DNA of 63,232 bases, counting the filler, from Reclinomonas americana ATCC 50394 (Eukaryota): the NCBI GenBank assembly GCA_048213135.1. It is 19 parts of 19 records of this genome, joined end to end, with 100 filler letters (N's around TTAATTAATTAA, not from the genome) between each part and the next. Parts side by side here need not be neighbours in the genome. Positions count along the whole stretch, not along the records: positions 41,606 to 53,650 come from AFZH01020172.1; positions 53,751 to 56,365 come from AFZH01020173.1; positions 56,466 to 59,037 come from AFZH01020174.1; 16 more parts are not named here. One strand, given 5' to 3'. This document shows positions 44,601 to 56,525 of the stretch, piece after piece. The translations under genes and the position numbers were made by a program. Position 1 is the first letter of the stretch. Each line of letters starts with the position of its first letter. The notes under the pieces were generated by a model. That model worked only from the letters and a program-made list of their open reading frames with translations. It was not told the DNA's origin and made no database searches.

Positions 44601-47529
44601 GCATGACCCGTGGAACACCTCCGGCAACTTTGAGGCCGCCGTGCGTGGCGCCGGTGCCATCATTGCCGACACGGAGTTTGCCGACAACTCAGACGACGAA
44701 GGCAAGCCGGTGCCGCGAGAGAAACCCAAGCCAGCACGTGGTGGTCGAGGCGGTCGCGGAGGCCGTGGTGGTGGTCGTGGCAGTCGGGGCGGTCGGGGTG
44801 GCCGTCCACGTGGTGGAGGTGGAGCCGGTTCGCCAGGTGGTGGTGGTGGCGGCGGCGGCGGTAGTCTCGATGACGACCCAGCCGCCATTCTCGACGGCAG
44901 AGCCAAGATGCCCTCGTACATTTCGCGAACACGTGCGCATGAGATTCTTGGCCATTTGGTGCCGGCCGATCGCATCAACGCCATGAACGCCAAGGAGCGA
45001 CGCGAAACAGTGCGCAAGTTCCGCACCGTGCGCGGTCGTTGCGTGTGTTTTTAGCTCGCCTCTCTGTGGTGATGGTCGGCACTTTATTCACCTTCTCTCT
45101 CCCACTCCATCAATCAGACCGCCCCACGAAGCGCGAAGAGGATATTGGAGGTGCTGTGAGTGGGCGACGCGATGCTGGGCCTGATGACGCAGCAGCTGCG
45201 GCACGCTCGGCCACCGTGATTCTGCGTCGCATGTTTGAGCGTGAAAGCAATCGTCTTCGCGATGTCAGCTCGCCGCAGGTACGCGTGCACTGCATGAGAT
45301 TGGCAACACGCCGAGGCGTCAGTGCTCACAATGCATGCCACAGATGTCACTGTACAAGTCGTACCTGGAGTTGCTGAAGCAGCGAGCTGCGGAGGAGTCG
45401 GAGAAGAGCGAGAATGAGCTGCGCGGCGCTGCTGCTGCGCTGCGTGTGCGGAGTGCGGCAGCTGGTGGTGCGCTGATGATTTCACCTTGTGCTTGGTTCA
45501 TGTGCGGCTTGTCACCCACTCACTGGCACCTGTGGCAATGACACAGAGGGCGAGGACATCCAGCTGTCATCGTCGGTCACGGGCGATGCCTCCAACACGA
45601 CGATTTCGTCGTCGTTCAGCGAGTTGGAGCTGGATGATTTGGATCGCGAGCTGGCCAACATGATGGAGGTGAGGGGGAGGACGACGTGTGGTGTTTGCCC
45701 TTTTTCTCTGTCGCTCATCACTCGGCACAGGGTGAGGACGATGACGATGAGAGCTCGGAAGACGAGGAAGCACAGCTGCATCGATTCATTGGCGAGCTCA
45801 GCGTTCAGCGCAAGCAGTCGGGAGCGTTGCGTGTCTGGCTGTTGGATAACTGGTGTGTGGCGATTCTCACACTATGGCATCACAGTGAGCAAGTGGTGGT
45901 GGAGCGACGCACCAAGATTCGGTGGAGGAGAAAGGTGACTGGGTGGATGGAGGTGACGGATGGGTACAAGGTGGGTCAGGCACTAACTTGCTGGCGATGG
46001 GATGCGTAGGTGCAACAACCGAATGGCCAGTTGGTGGAAAAGGAGGACATTATCGACGACCCGGCGGCTGTGCAGCGTTTCCTGGCGGAGCGCAAGAAAC
46101 GGAGGGCATTCCTGGAAGGGTGTGTGTGAGAGACAGAGTGTGAACTGCAAAGGATGGTCGTTGACGCCTTCGGTTGCCGCTCTCGTGTGCAGTGCTGCTC
46201 TGCGTCATTCTCGCGAGCTGGGCTTCTTCCGTGGCAAGGCCGAGCGTCGCCGTCTGCTGGATCAGTTCCGCCGTTTCCGTCAGCAGTACGTGAAGAACGC
46301 CGAGCAGGGTGACATTCGTGACCTGACGCGCGAGATGGCGCTGGTGTGTATGCGCGCTGCTTTCTGTTGTCGTTTTCGTTCACCACCTTGATCGACTGCC
46401 TGACCGACTGTTGCGTACCACAGAAAACCAACAGCAGCGTCAAGTGCAGTGCGTGCGGCAAGATCGGGCACATGTCGTCGAACCAGCTGTGCCCGGCGTA
46501 CGGTCGTATGCGTCGCACGCCGGGTCAAAAGTCGCACGTCAAGGTGAGGTGGTGCTCCTCTTGACACAAGTTGACGGGAGTCAGAGAAATCATTGTATGA
46601 AGTGCAGGTGGAAGGCAGCAGCATGAGATTCGATCTGAAGAACCTCCTGGTGCCGCCGTTGCGTTGCTGTTCTACCCTATCGTTGATTGGTGTATGGCGC
46701 GGGCTCACTCTGTTTCGTCGAATAATGCAGTGCACCCAACGTGCTGGTTCTGCGCAATCCCAACAAGGGAACGGAGGCCGGCAAGAGACCAGCCGGCGAT
46801 GCGGGAGCTGATGCACAGAAGCAGAAGCGACGAAAGACGTTCACGCAGGCGCTGAGCACGGAGGTGTTGCAGCCGGTGATCACCAGACTGCGGCAGACGG
46901 GCAAGGTACTTTTTTGCCACGCATTCTGCTCTCTCGTGCACCACGCTGATAATGTCTCTCCTCTCTCTCTCTCTCTTTTCCACCCTCAGGCTGGCGACTT
47001 TCAGACACCTGCGGCGCAGCTCATCATGCTGCCGCAGTACCGCCAGTTTGTGCGACAACCCATGTCGCTGCCAGACATGGAGCGGAAACTGCGCGATCTG
47101 CTGTACGCCGACGTGGCCGCCTTCCGTGCCGACTTTGATCTGATGATCGACAACGCCATTCGCTACTGCACCGGCCGATACGACGACGTAGCCATCACTG
47201 CCGGCCAGCTGCGCCAGCTGGCCAACCCCATCTTCCGCGAGGCCGCCGAGCGCGCCGAAGCCATTGCCGTCCAATATCGCGACAATGCCGGTGGTGGTGG
47301 TGGTGGTGGAGCGTCCTCGTCCACGACTACAACGACCACCACTACAACGACAACGCCGACTACAGCCACGACGCCGTCGACTCCAGCCGGCGCCGGCTCA
47401 TTAGTGGCCGACTCGCCGATGCTGAACCACGACGACGATGACGGCGGTGCGTATGACGATGAAGACGAGGAAGATGACGAGGATGATGATGAGACCGACG
47501 AAGACGACGATGAAGACGGTGGGTGGTGA
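41606..47529 (+). CDS. TAF1: TFIID subunit 1 (core domain, Zn-knuckle, single bromodomain), start in gap
   Basis: RFYPTFMEEDELRHFHRPRF, LEYIEAHPVVLNNLGMAMLLVNYYKK, MMSPEEACLHESM, IEDVLRHDPWNTSGNF, KCSACGKIGHMSSNQLCPAY, YRQFVRQPMSLPDM...LMIDNAIRYC; about 24 introns. Confidence 0.93.
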
Positions 47530-47701
47530 AAAACGAAAATGAAATGAAATGCTTGCGCGACGTTACACGTGTGTGTCCCACGCCGCCCAGTCGTTGCTCC
47601 AACGAAGATCCACGTGTGATTGTGCTCATACAAGTCAGAGCGTGTCTGTGTGTGCGTGTGTGTGTGTGCGTGTGGCAAAGAGAGCGCGTGATTGCGTGGA
47701 C

Positions 47702-50700
47702 ATGGCGTCGTCTGCGGGTGGTGACAGCCGTCGCTCACACGGCGGCACAAGCAGTGGTGGTGGAGGAAGCAGTGCAAGTGGAGGCAGTGGAGTAGGTGGC
47801 GATGAGAGTGGACTGAGTGGCGCTGGCTTGGCGGGTCCGTCGGGAGTCATGGAGGGCTCGTTGTTTGCGAAACTCAAAGGTGGCTCACGCGCATAGCATA
47901 CACGTGTGTGAGAGAGAGTGAACTGATGATGATGGTGTTGTGTGTGTGTGCAGCGAGTCTGCTGCAGATGCTCAACTTGAATCGCCCTGTGCCTGTGGAT
48001 CCTGCCGCGCCCATCTTCCAGCCGGGTGTCAACGGTTTGAGTTGTCTCTCTCTCACTCACACACACACACACACTTGTCTCACACTTGTCTCTCTCTCAG
48101 AGGAGGTATGGAAGGTGCTGGTGATGGATCAGTTCTGCGTGGACGTGGTGGGTCCTGTGCTTCGAGTGGGAGATCTACGCAAGCTCGGCGTCACGCTCAA
48201 TCTGTTGCGTGTTGGAGACAACTCACTCCTCTTCTCTCTTGCTGGTTGGTGACACCCTCTGTCTCTGCAGCATGCTGGATCAGCAGCGTGAGGCAGTGTC
48301 GGATGTGCCGGCCTTGTACTTTGTGGAGCCGACACAGGCCAACGTGGACAAGATGATTGCGGTGGGAAGGAGAGAGAGAGAGAGCTTGTCTTGTGCGTTA
48401 GCAGGCAAGTGACTTTTTCGTTTTCCACGACACTAGGACTTCCGACGATCGCTGTACGACTCGTACTTTGTCAACTTTTGTGCGCCGGTGAAGCGGGAAC
48501 AGTTGCAGGCGCTGGCTGCCGGCTCGGTGACCAGTCACTGTGCTGGGCGTGTACAACAGGTACAGAGCACGCAGAGAGGAAAGGGCACATTGCAGCGACG
48601 CATACTGACTGCGTGTGTCTGTGCCTGTGCGATGTGTTGCAGGTGGTGGATCAGTTCCTCGACTTTACGTGCATGGAACCGAATCTGTTCACGCTGTTGC
48701 GACCAAACACGTTCCTCGCCCTCAACGATCCCTCCAAGTCGGAGAGTGCGCTGATGGAGAGAATCAACTCGATTGTGGACGGCATTTTCAGTGTGGTGGT
48801 GACCATGGTGCGTCAGAGGGGGAAAGAAACGGAGAGGCTTCTCCTCGTGCGGTGGTGCATGACTCTTGCGCGGCACAGGAAGTGACGCCGTACATTTGCG
48901 CGATGCGTGGAGAGGCGGCAGAGATGGTGGCCACCAAGTTGGACGAGAAGCTGCGTGCGCACTTGTATGAGCAGGCGCAGGAGTCGGAGGAGTGGCGGTC
49001 CATGTTGAATTCACGACCTGGTGAGTGCAGCCGTCTCAAGGTTCACCTTTGGGGTGCCGCCTCACTACTCGCTCGTGCAGTTTTGTTGATTGTCGACCGG
49101 AGCCTCGATATGGGTGTGTGTTTGCATCATCCGTGGACCTACAAGGCGTTGGTGCACGACGTGCTGGGCATGAATCTGAATCGTGTGACTGTCGAAGTTG
49201 CGCCCGCACATTGTTTCAACTGCGTGCGTGATACTCAATGTGTGGCGGGGGGAGAGCAGCTGGCCACCGAGGGTGACGACGCAGCAGCTGCAGCGGCAGC
49301 AGCGGCGGCTGGTGGAGCTGGCCCATCAGGCGCCCCACCCGCACGTGTGCAAACAAAGAAATACGATCTGAGTCCCGAAGACGATTTCTGGATGAGCCAC
49401 GGTCTCATCACCTTTGAGCGTGTCATGGGTGCGTCTAGTCGAAGCCGTCTTCCCCACATATGCACACACACTGAATGTGCGTGCATGCATGCGCAGAGGA
49501 TGTGGATGTCAAGGTCCGACAGTGCGAGGACGATATCAACACGATTCGTCGCAAGACCGGCATCGATGTGGAGGCCGATCCAACAGGCGGTGGCGGGTGA
49601 GGGTGCCGTGTTGTATATGATGGTCAAACCATTGTCGATTATTGACACGCTGTTGCAGTGGAACATCCATGGAGGAAATGACGTCGGGCATGCGTTCCAT
49701 TCCGGAGCTGCTGGCCAGGAAAAAGTCGCTGGCCATGCACACCAACATTGCCGCCACCCTGCTGCGTGCCATCAAGGCGCGCGACTTGCACAGCATGCAT
49801 CTGCTGGAGCAGAATATTCTGCACTCTCGCTCTGTTGTTGCGTCGTGGTTCCACTGCCACCACACGTGTGTACCTGTCAGAATTCTGATGATTGTTGGGC
49901 GCACAGGATTTCACCGATGTGCAACGCATTTTGGAGCCGACGCATGCGTCGACGGTGGAAGACAAACTGCGCCTGTTCCTGATGTACTACTTGTTGGAGG
50001 ACAACATCTCCCGCGACCGGTTAACGCTGCTGGAGCAAAAGTTGACTGAGCAGCGCGCCGACATGAGTGCCTATGCTTTCCTTCGACAGTTGAGTGCACC
50101 CAACACGTCATAATTGTTGTGATCAGCACTCACCGTCGGGTGGGTGACGCAGATTGAAAACCATGCAAGGCTCACTCAGCACCATGCGTGGTGGCGGTGG
50201 TGGCGGGCGGAATTCTGACATGCTTTCGTCGTTTGCCAACAAGGTAAACACGGGCAGAATTCTTGTCGATTGTTTGTGCCTGTCTCATGTCGTTGCCGGT
50301 GTTTTGTTGCACAGTTCCGCATGCTGGGCGACCACGTCAAGGCGGGACTGGGTATGCATTCGGGCAGTGCCAAGTTGCCGGTCACCAAGACACTGCAGGT
50401 GGTGATGGACGGGCAGCGCGATGCCACCGAGCACGCCAACCTCTTCTTCCTCGATCCCAAGGCCGTGTCGAGCCAGCCGACCAGTGGCGACGGCATGCCA
50501 CGCAACTTCCAAAAAGCGATTGTGCTCACCGTGGGTGGTGGCACCTACGCCGAGTGCCAGAATGTGTTCCAGTATGCTGCCGAGACGGTGAGTCTCCGTG
50601 TGCTGCTCTCGCCCCCTCCATCACGCCTCTTACTCGATGTGCAGGGCAAGTACATCGCGTACGGCTCGACGGACATTGTGACGGGCGGGCAGTTCCTGAG

Positions 50701-50740
50701 CCAACTGGAGGCTCTGGGCCGCCTCACTGGCTCACGGTGA
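47702..50740 (+). CDS. SLY1: Sec1/Munc18-family SLY1 (SCFD1)
   Basis: VWKVLVMDQFCVDVVGPVLRVGDLRKLGVTLNL, DVPALYFVEPT, LLIVDRSLD...LHHPWTYKALVHDVL, MHTNIAATLL, AIVLTVGGGTYAECQN, IAYGSTDIV. Confidence 0.95.
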
Positions 50741-50827
50741 CACGAAGCGAATGGAGAAAAAGAGAGAGACGAGAGAGTGCGTGCGACAAAGCAATGAAAA
50801 GCAAAGTGAGAGGAGGAACACCGCGTT

Positions 50828-51550
50828 TTACTCAGTGGCCGCATCAGTGGGGTCGACAATCTCCTCGGCGGGCGAGAACGGCGGCGAGTTGGCACACAGA
50901 ATGTAGGACCACTCACTCGCCGAGTGATTGTGATAGCCGTGCTTCTGACCGACCGCCGGTCGCCGCTCGTCGCCCACCTCCATCGAGCAGAGCACACGCC
51001 CTCGCTCGTCCACCTCGCCCACCGCTGCCACATCACCAGCAACGCCCAGCCGATCACGCAATCGCCGACCCGCCTCTCGCGTGCTGTCCACGGTGTCGCC
51101 CTCCCGCACCTCCCACCACGCCTTTAACGCTCCACCCGCATTCCCCAGCACGGCCTCCCACTCGCGCATTCCCTCGTGGTGATGCGTAGGCAAGCGCCGA
51201 CTCGGAGCCACACACAGGCGCACCACACCAACGACTCCGGCCTCCTCCCAAATCACATCGACGCGACCCCACGGCGGATGCTCACGCACAAACTCCTCCG
51301 CCTCCTTGACCGCCACGTCACACTCGCCAACACGCACTCGTCGACACCCTCCACCCGCACAATCGGCATTTAGCAGCGCACAAATGCGCGCCAAACACTC
51401 CGCCATGCTCTTCCTCTCCTGCGCAATCAGCGGACCCACATGCCGCAACACAAACTCCGCCGCCACTGCATACGGCAGCCACTGTTGCGCATCTCCGTCG
51501 TCGCCCTCCAGTTGATACGCGCAGCCGTCCACATCGCTCTCAATGATCAT
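50828..51550 (-). CDS. Cupin-domain protein, apparently intronless
   Basis: PWGRVDVIWEEAG..RLCVAPSRRLPTHHHEGMREWE...KHGYHN...ILCANSPPF fits the cupin HxH..E..H metal-site pattern. Confidence 0.65.
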   Translation of the reverse strand: MIIESDVDGCAYQLEGDDGDAQQWLPYAVAAEFVLRHVGPLIAQERKSMAECLARICALLNADCAGGGCRRVRVGECDVAVKEAEEFVREHPPWGRVDVIWEEAGVVGVVRLCVAPSRRLPTHHHEGMREWEAVLGNAGGALKAWWEVREGDTVDSTREAGRRLRDRLGVAGDVAAVGEVDERGRVLCSMEVGDERRPAVGQKHGYHNHSASEWSYILCANSPPFSPAEEIVDPTDAATE

Positions 51551-51603
51551 TTGTCGCGCCGGGTATTGACAGGTTGCAAGCGCTGTCGCGTTTTCTTCTC
51601 GAG

Positions 51604-52242
51604 ATGCACGTGGAAGCAATCAACGACGTGTGCTTTCTCGTGCACGGTCTGCTTGGAAGCACACGCGAGCAGCTGGCTCTGTACGACGTCGTGCGCGAGG
51701 CCTACACAGCGACTGGCGAGCCGCACGGAGCACTGTCGACACTGCACAAACGCGCTCGTCCCAACGCCGCCAGTCGCTTCCTGCTGGCGTTTGAGAGCGG
51801 TGCACAGGCGCGTATCGCGCACGAGCTGAGCGAGTGGGCACAGCAGGCGGTGCGTGCAGTGGCCGAGGCGGACAGGGAGGTGCCGGCGACGGGCGAGGAC
51901 GGGCGTGTCGATGAGTGGGTGGCGCCAAATCGTCTGAACGTCGTGCTGTACCCGCTGGGCACGACTCTGCGACAGCACATTGATCACTGTGCGGGGTGGG
52001 TGATCATTCTGTCGCTCGGCTGCGCGTGCGAGTTTGTCATGAGCGGCGTGACGGTGCGCGTGGAGAGTGGCGATGCGCTGGTGTTTCCCGGATCGACCTC
52101 GGCGGCCATTGTGCATGGCGTGGAGGCTATTGTGGCGGCCTCCTGCCCCGAGGAGCTGGGCGTGGAGGTGCCAGTGCTACGCGACAGTCGCGTGTCGGTG
52201 CAGGTGCGCGACGTGATCGCTGACCGGCCAGTGGGACAGTGA
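51604..52242 (+). CDS. AlkB-like 2OG-Fe(II) dioxygenase, intronless
   Basis: NVVLYPLG..LRQHID...IILSLG...ESGDALVF...HGV...RVSVQVR gives the HxD...H...RxxxxxR signature. Confidence 0.85.
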   Translation: MHVEAINDVCFLVHGLLGSTREQLALYDVVREAYTATGEPHGALSTLHKRARPNAASRFLLAFESGAQARIAHELSEWAQQAVRAVAEADREVPATGEDGRVDEWVAPNRLNVVLYPLGTTLRQHIDHCAGWVIILSLGCACEFVMSGVTVRVESGDALVFPGSTSAAIVHGVEAIVAASCPEELGVEVPVLRDSRVSVQVRDVIADRPVGQ

Positions 52243-52265
52243 GTGAGTGCGTGGAGGAGAGAGGA

Positions 52266-53316
52266 ATGGCCGCCGCTGCGTATTCTGGCAGTGCGGTGGT
52301 GGAGCTGGAGGTCGACTCGGTGGAGGCCATGGTCGACACGTGTGCGGCACTCAGAGCGCGCTCACTGCTCGGTGCCGATGTGCATGCATGCCTGCTCATT
52401 GGGTGCGTCTCTCTGTCCACCCGTTGCGCCTCTCTCTTGCATGCACTGACGCTAGATGCAGACCGAGCTCGCATTCACCGCTGCCTCGGAGCATGGTCGC
52501 AGCAGTGGCGCGGGCTATTCTCGAACACATGACCGCGGAGACAACGCCGGCGGTGCTGTGGTCGGGCGGCGATCCCGTGTATCGACGGGCACGTGAGGGC
52601 GGCAACGTGGCCGACGTCATTGTGTCGCTGATGCAACTGGCGGGCGATCGTCTTCCGCTCGTCACCAGTGCCTGCATACAGCACGAGGATTACATGGCCA
52701 GTGCGCCGGCGTGCCACACGGTCCGCGTGTCGTACAAGAAGGTGTGTACATGAATGAGCGTGTTGCGGTGTGAGCTGTCCTCAGTCGTGAGCGTCAGGGC
52801 ATGGCCGTGTCGTCGGTCACGGGCAAGCCGACATTTGGTGGTTTTGAGAAGCAGCTGCCGCAGCGTGCGATGGCCATGTGGAAACGCGCTGTGCTGGCGT
52901 TGACAGAGCACCGTGATGAGCTGGTGGTGAACGCCTCGTTGCATCCGCCAGAGGGCGTGGTGCCGCTGGCCGCTGGAGGTGCGAGGACCACGCACACGCA
53001 GTTCTTCTCTCCGGATCGCGGGTCTCACTTGTCTTCATGCACAGTCGGCTACCTGTGGGCGTTTCCCGTCTGCTGCCGCTCGCTGACAGTGTTTGTCATT
53101 CCACGGGCCGGCATGATCACGCTGCAGGAGCTGTTGTATGTGCAGATGTTGCTGCGGGGCGGAGCGGCGGCACTGTCGGTGGTGGCCGTCACGTGGGACA
53201 GCATGGAGCGCGGGTTGAGTGAGAAGAGTCAGTTTGCCGCCATCATGGACGTGGTGCACGAGTTGTGCGACGAGTTTCCGGCACAGGCGCGGGTTTTGAG
53301 AGTGGAAGAAGACTGA
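52266..53316 (+). CDS. Uncharacterised alpha/beta protein (weak SLOG/Rossmannoid resemblance)
   Basis: Spliced ORF (2-3 introns): CLLIG|CR...LWSGGDP...VFVIPRAGMITLQELLY; ATG 23 nt after the AlkB-like stop. Confidence 0.6.
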
Positions 53317-53814
53317 ACAGCGCAGCGCATACATAAGTTGGTGGTTCTTATATTGGGGGTTTCGCAGGGTAGATTGATTTCTCTTCTTTCTCTTTCTCAC
53401 AAAGTGATGCTGCTGCCGCGAGTCGGTGTGACGCGGTGGGAGCACGGCTACACTGCCGAGCTCCCTCGTGGCCCCCTCACCAACAGTCAAAATTGAGGGG
53501 TGCACCACCGACTCTGGCCAGCAGGCAACAGCAGTAACAGGGTCAAAAAAATACCACACATGTACAGGTGGAGGTGGTGTGGTGGTGTGGATAAACAAAC
53601 AGGTTAACAAGATCCGAAACAAACAAACAAACAGAGAGTAGTAACAAAAANNNNNNNNNNNNNNNNNNNNNNNNNNNNNNNNNNNNNNNNNNNNTTAATT
53701 AATTAANNNNNNNNNNNNNNNNNNNNNNNNNNNNNNNNNNNNNNNNNNNNTCACATACGCGCAGAGAGAGAGAATACCGGGAGCGGAGGAACAAACACCC
53801 CTTCTTGCACACTC

Positions 53815-54295
53815 ACCAGTCTCAGCCTTGACATTGGCCAACACGTCCATGATTTGTGTGGGAAAGAGATAACACGGGAGAAGTGGTAGAGAGAGAGTGT
53901 GTGTATGTGTATGTGTGTTAAGTGGTGGTGAAGCAAGTGACGAGCGCTCCACAACAAGTCGACAAAAACAAAGTTGCGTTGTTCGAGAGCAAGTTGGCGC
54001 CAAAATAATCGCGCGCGCGACTCGGAACCGAACATGAAATCAAAACGGCGCCGTCCGTCGCTCCAGCGAAATGGCGAAATTGAGCTCAAAAAACGCAAAT
54101 AATAGCACTGCTCAAGTCGCGTCGCCGACGAGGGGAACAGCAGCAGCTGGCGGCAGTGGAGCACAGTGTGCAAAAGGGAGCAGGCAGCGGATCATAACAG
54201 CAGCCAGCGCGGGAGGACATTGGCCGACAGTGCTCGCGCGCAACGGACTGTCCATTCGTAATCAATCGCAATCATCACAATGGCGACGCTGGCGG
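53815..54295 (-). CDS. Possible spliced coding fragment of unknown function
   Basis: Exon-like blocks (LLLFPSS...FMFGSESRARLFWRQL; IMDVLANVKAET|gtgag) bounded by plausible splice sites; frame joins not resolved. Confidence 0.3.
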
Positions 54296-54718
54296 CTTCA
54301 GGTGAGCATCTCGTCGTGGTTCTGTTAGGGCAATGAGCAAGAGAGAGCGCACGCGCGTCTGCGTGCACGTTGCGAAAAAATGTTGAAAATGAGTCGGGGC
54401 ATGTGCTGAAAGTGGGCATGTACACTTTTGGTACTCGCACACACACACACACGCACGCACACATTCACGCAAGCGCTGCTCGTGTTCTATGAGACACACA
54501 CACACGCACACACACAAAGAGAGAGAGAACGCATGCGAGTGAGCGACATGATCGGCATCGATCAATCTGATTGTTCATGAGTCGAGAAACCCGACCGATT
54601 CCCTTCTTTCTCGTCGCTGTTATTGTTGTTGTTGTTGTTTGTGAGCGAAGACACACCCGTCACACTGTCGACTACCACACTGAGCGCGTCAGAGAGAGAG
54701 CAGAAGAAGAAGCAGAAG

Positions 54719-55829
54719 ATGTTGGTCTCTGGTGGTGAGTTCTTCCTCGTTGTGAGAATCATCATGAGCCTGTGTTGTGTGCGTGCGTGTGAGGCTGCTT
54801 GTCACTATAATGGGCGACGACACTGGTCTTTTCGTTACACGCACGCACGCACACACACACACTCTGCCTGTTTCCTGATGAGCAACATTCCTGTCATGAG
54901 TGCGTTCTCTCTCTTTCTCTCTCTTGCGTCTCGTGTACTCATGTGTGGGAGTTGTGCTGATGCACAACTGACGCGCGTGTGCTTTCTTCTTCTTGCGTTC
55001 ACTCGTCGTCGTCTGTCTTGTGCGAATGAGTGAGAGAGAAAGAGAGAGGGAGTAGAGATTGATTGCGTGACGCAAGCACATCACATCCATGTTCACTTGG
55101 CTCCTTTTTTCTGCGTCAGTTTGATCATTCTGTGTGTGGATTCTCCTCTCTTGCCTTTCCTTTGTCATTGCCTCGTCGTCGTTGTTGCTGTGTGTGGGCA
55201 TTGCGCTCACGGCTGTTTTGTTCGTGCGCGCAGATCCATTTAAGGGCCTCGATGAAGACGAGCCGGAGTTGGAGCCGAAGAACATCGTCCGTTGCGTGGC
55301 TTCTCCTGTGTGTGGATGAGAGAGAGAGAGAGCGTGTGCTGAAACTCGTGCGCAGACATTCGCATCCAGCAACGTAATGGACGCAAGAGCATCACAGTTG
55401 CGTTTCTCAGCCCCAACTCACGATTATGATGACGATGATGATGAGACTCACTGCTGCACTCGCCCGCAGACCGTCTCTGGCCTCCCACCCAAGTTGAGCG
55501 CGAATGCGCGTGGCCCCTTTTCACTGTTTCACTTTCTCACCAACGCACATGCACGCACAGGCTGAATGTGAAGCGAGTGCTGCAGTACTTCAAAAAGGTG
55601 TTTGCCTGCAACGGCAGCATCGATGAGGACACAGAACACGGCAAGGTGCTGAAGCTCTCTGGTGATCAGCGTAAGCTCATTTCTGAGTTCCTGGTCGCCG
55701 AGGAGATTGTGCCGAAGGAATGCGTCAAGGTCCACGGTGAGTTTTTCCCCCTCCACATGTGCTCGCCGCTTACTCGCTGCTTCTTCGCGTGCTCACTCGT
55801 TTGTCGTCGCGCTCTGTGCAGGTTTCTGA
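54719..55829 (+). CDS. SUI1: Translation initiation factor eIF1 (SUI1)
   Basis: Six exons give MLVSGDPFKGLDEDEPELEPKNIVHIRIQQRNGRKSITTVSGLPPKLNVKRVLQYFKKVFACNG...LSGDQRK...VKVHGF*. Confidence 0.97.
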
Positions 55830-55952
55830 TGTGTTTGCAGTAAAATCAAGAACTACTCTAAAAGAAAAAAGCGAGCGCCCATTGTGTTTCATTCTTACGA
55901 GGTGCACCGCCGCGGGGAGTGAAGAACGCCTTCTTCGTCCACCAGTGCGAGA

Positions 55953-56225
55953 TTACACACCGCTGCCGCTGGCGCTGCCACCTGTCTCGTCATCGTCGTC
56001 CTCATCGTCATCACCGCCCGCGTTGACCGACTCGATGCCCGCGTCCGTGTCCACCAGCACGAGTCGGTACGTCACCTGCATCGGCAAACGAGAGGTGTCA
56101 ATCACCAACACACAGTCGTCAACTTGTTCGCTTGTTTGCACACCGTCTTCGACGTCCACCGTGAGAACGAGTTGTCAAACACCACCGTGTAGCGACCGGC
56201 GTCGGGCAACACAATCGTGTCCTGC
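55953..56225 (-). CDS. GOLD-domain protein C-terminus
   Basis: PDAGRYTVVFDNSFSRWTSKT|VTYRLVL, the typical GOLD C-terminal motif. Confidence 0.8.
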
Positions 56226-56525
56226 ATGAGTGGAGCTTGAGGCACGCGACAGCTGTCTCTGCATCTCTCTCCCTCTCTCTCTCTCACACGTACACGTACA
56301 CACTTCTTTCTTTCTTTCGTTCTTCTTTCTTTCATTGTTTTCTTCAATTCTTTCTTTCTCTCTCTNNNNNNNNNNNNNNNNNNNNNNNNNNNNNNNNNNN
56401 NNNNNNNNNTTAATTAATTAANNNNNNNNNNNNNNNNNNNNNNNNNNNNNNNNNNNNNNNNNNNNTTCGTCATTTACATTGTCACCCTTACACACGCAAA
56501 CACACACACGATCTGCTTGCGAAGA

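Noticed and set aside
55291..55499. Non-GT (TT-) introns, reading the shifted donors as G|TTGCG
   Set aside because: Frame and conserved residues in eIF1 require cleavage before the G with normal AG acceptors, so these remain GT-AG introns.
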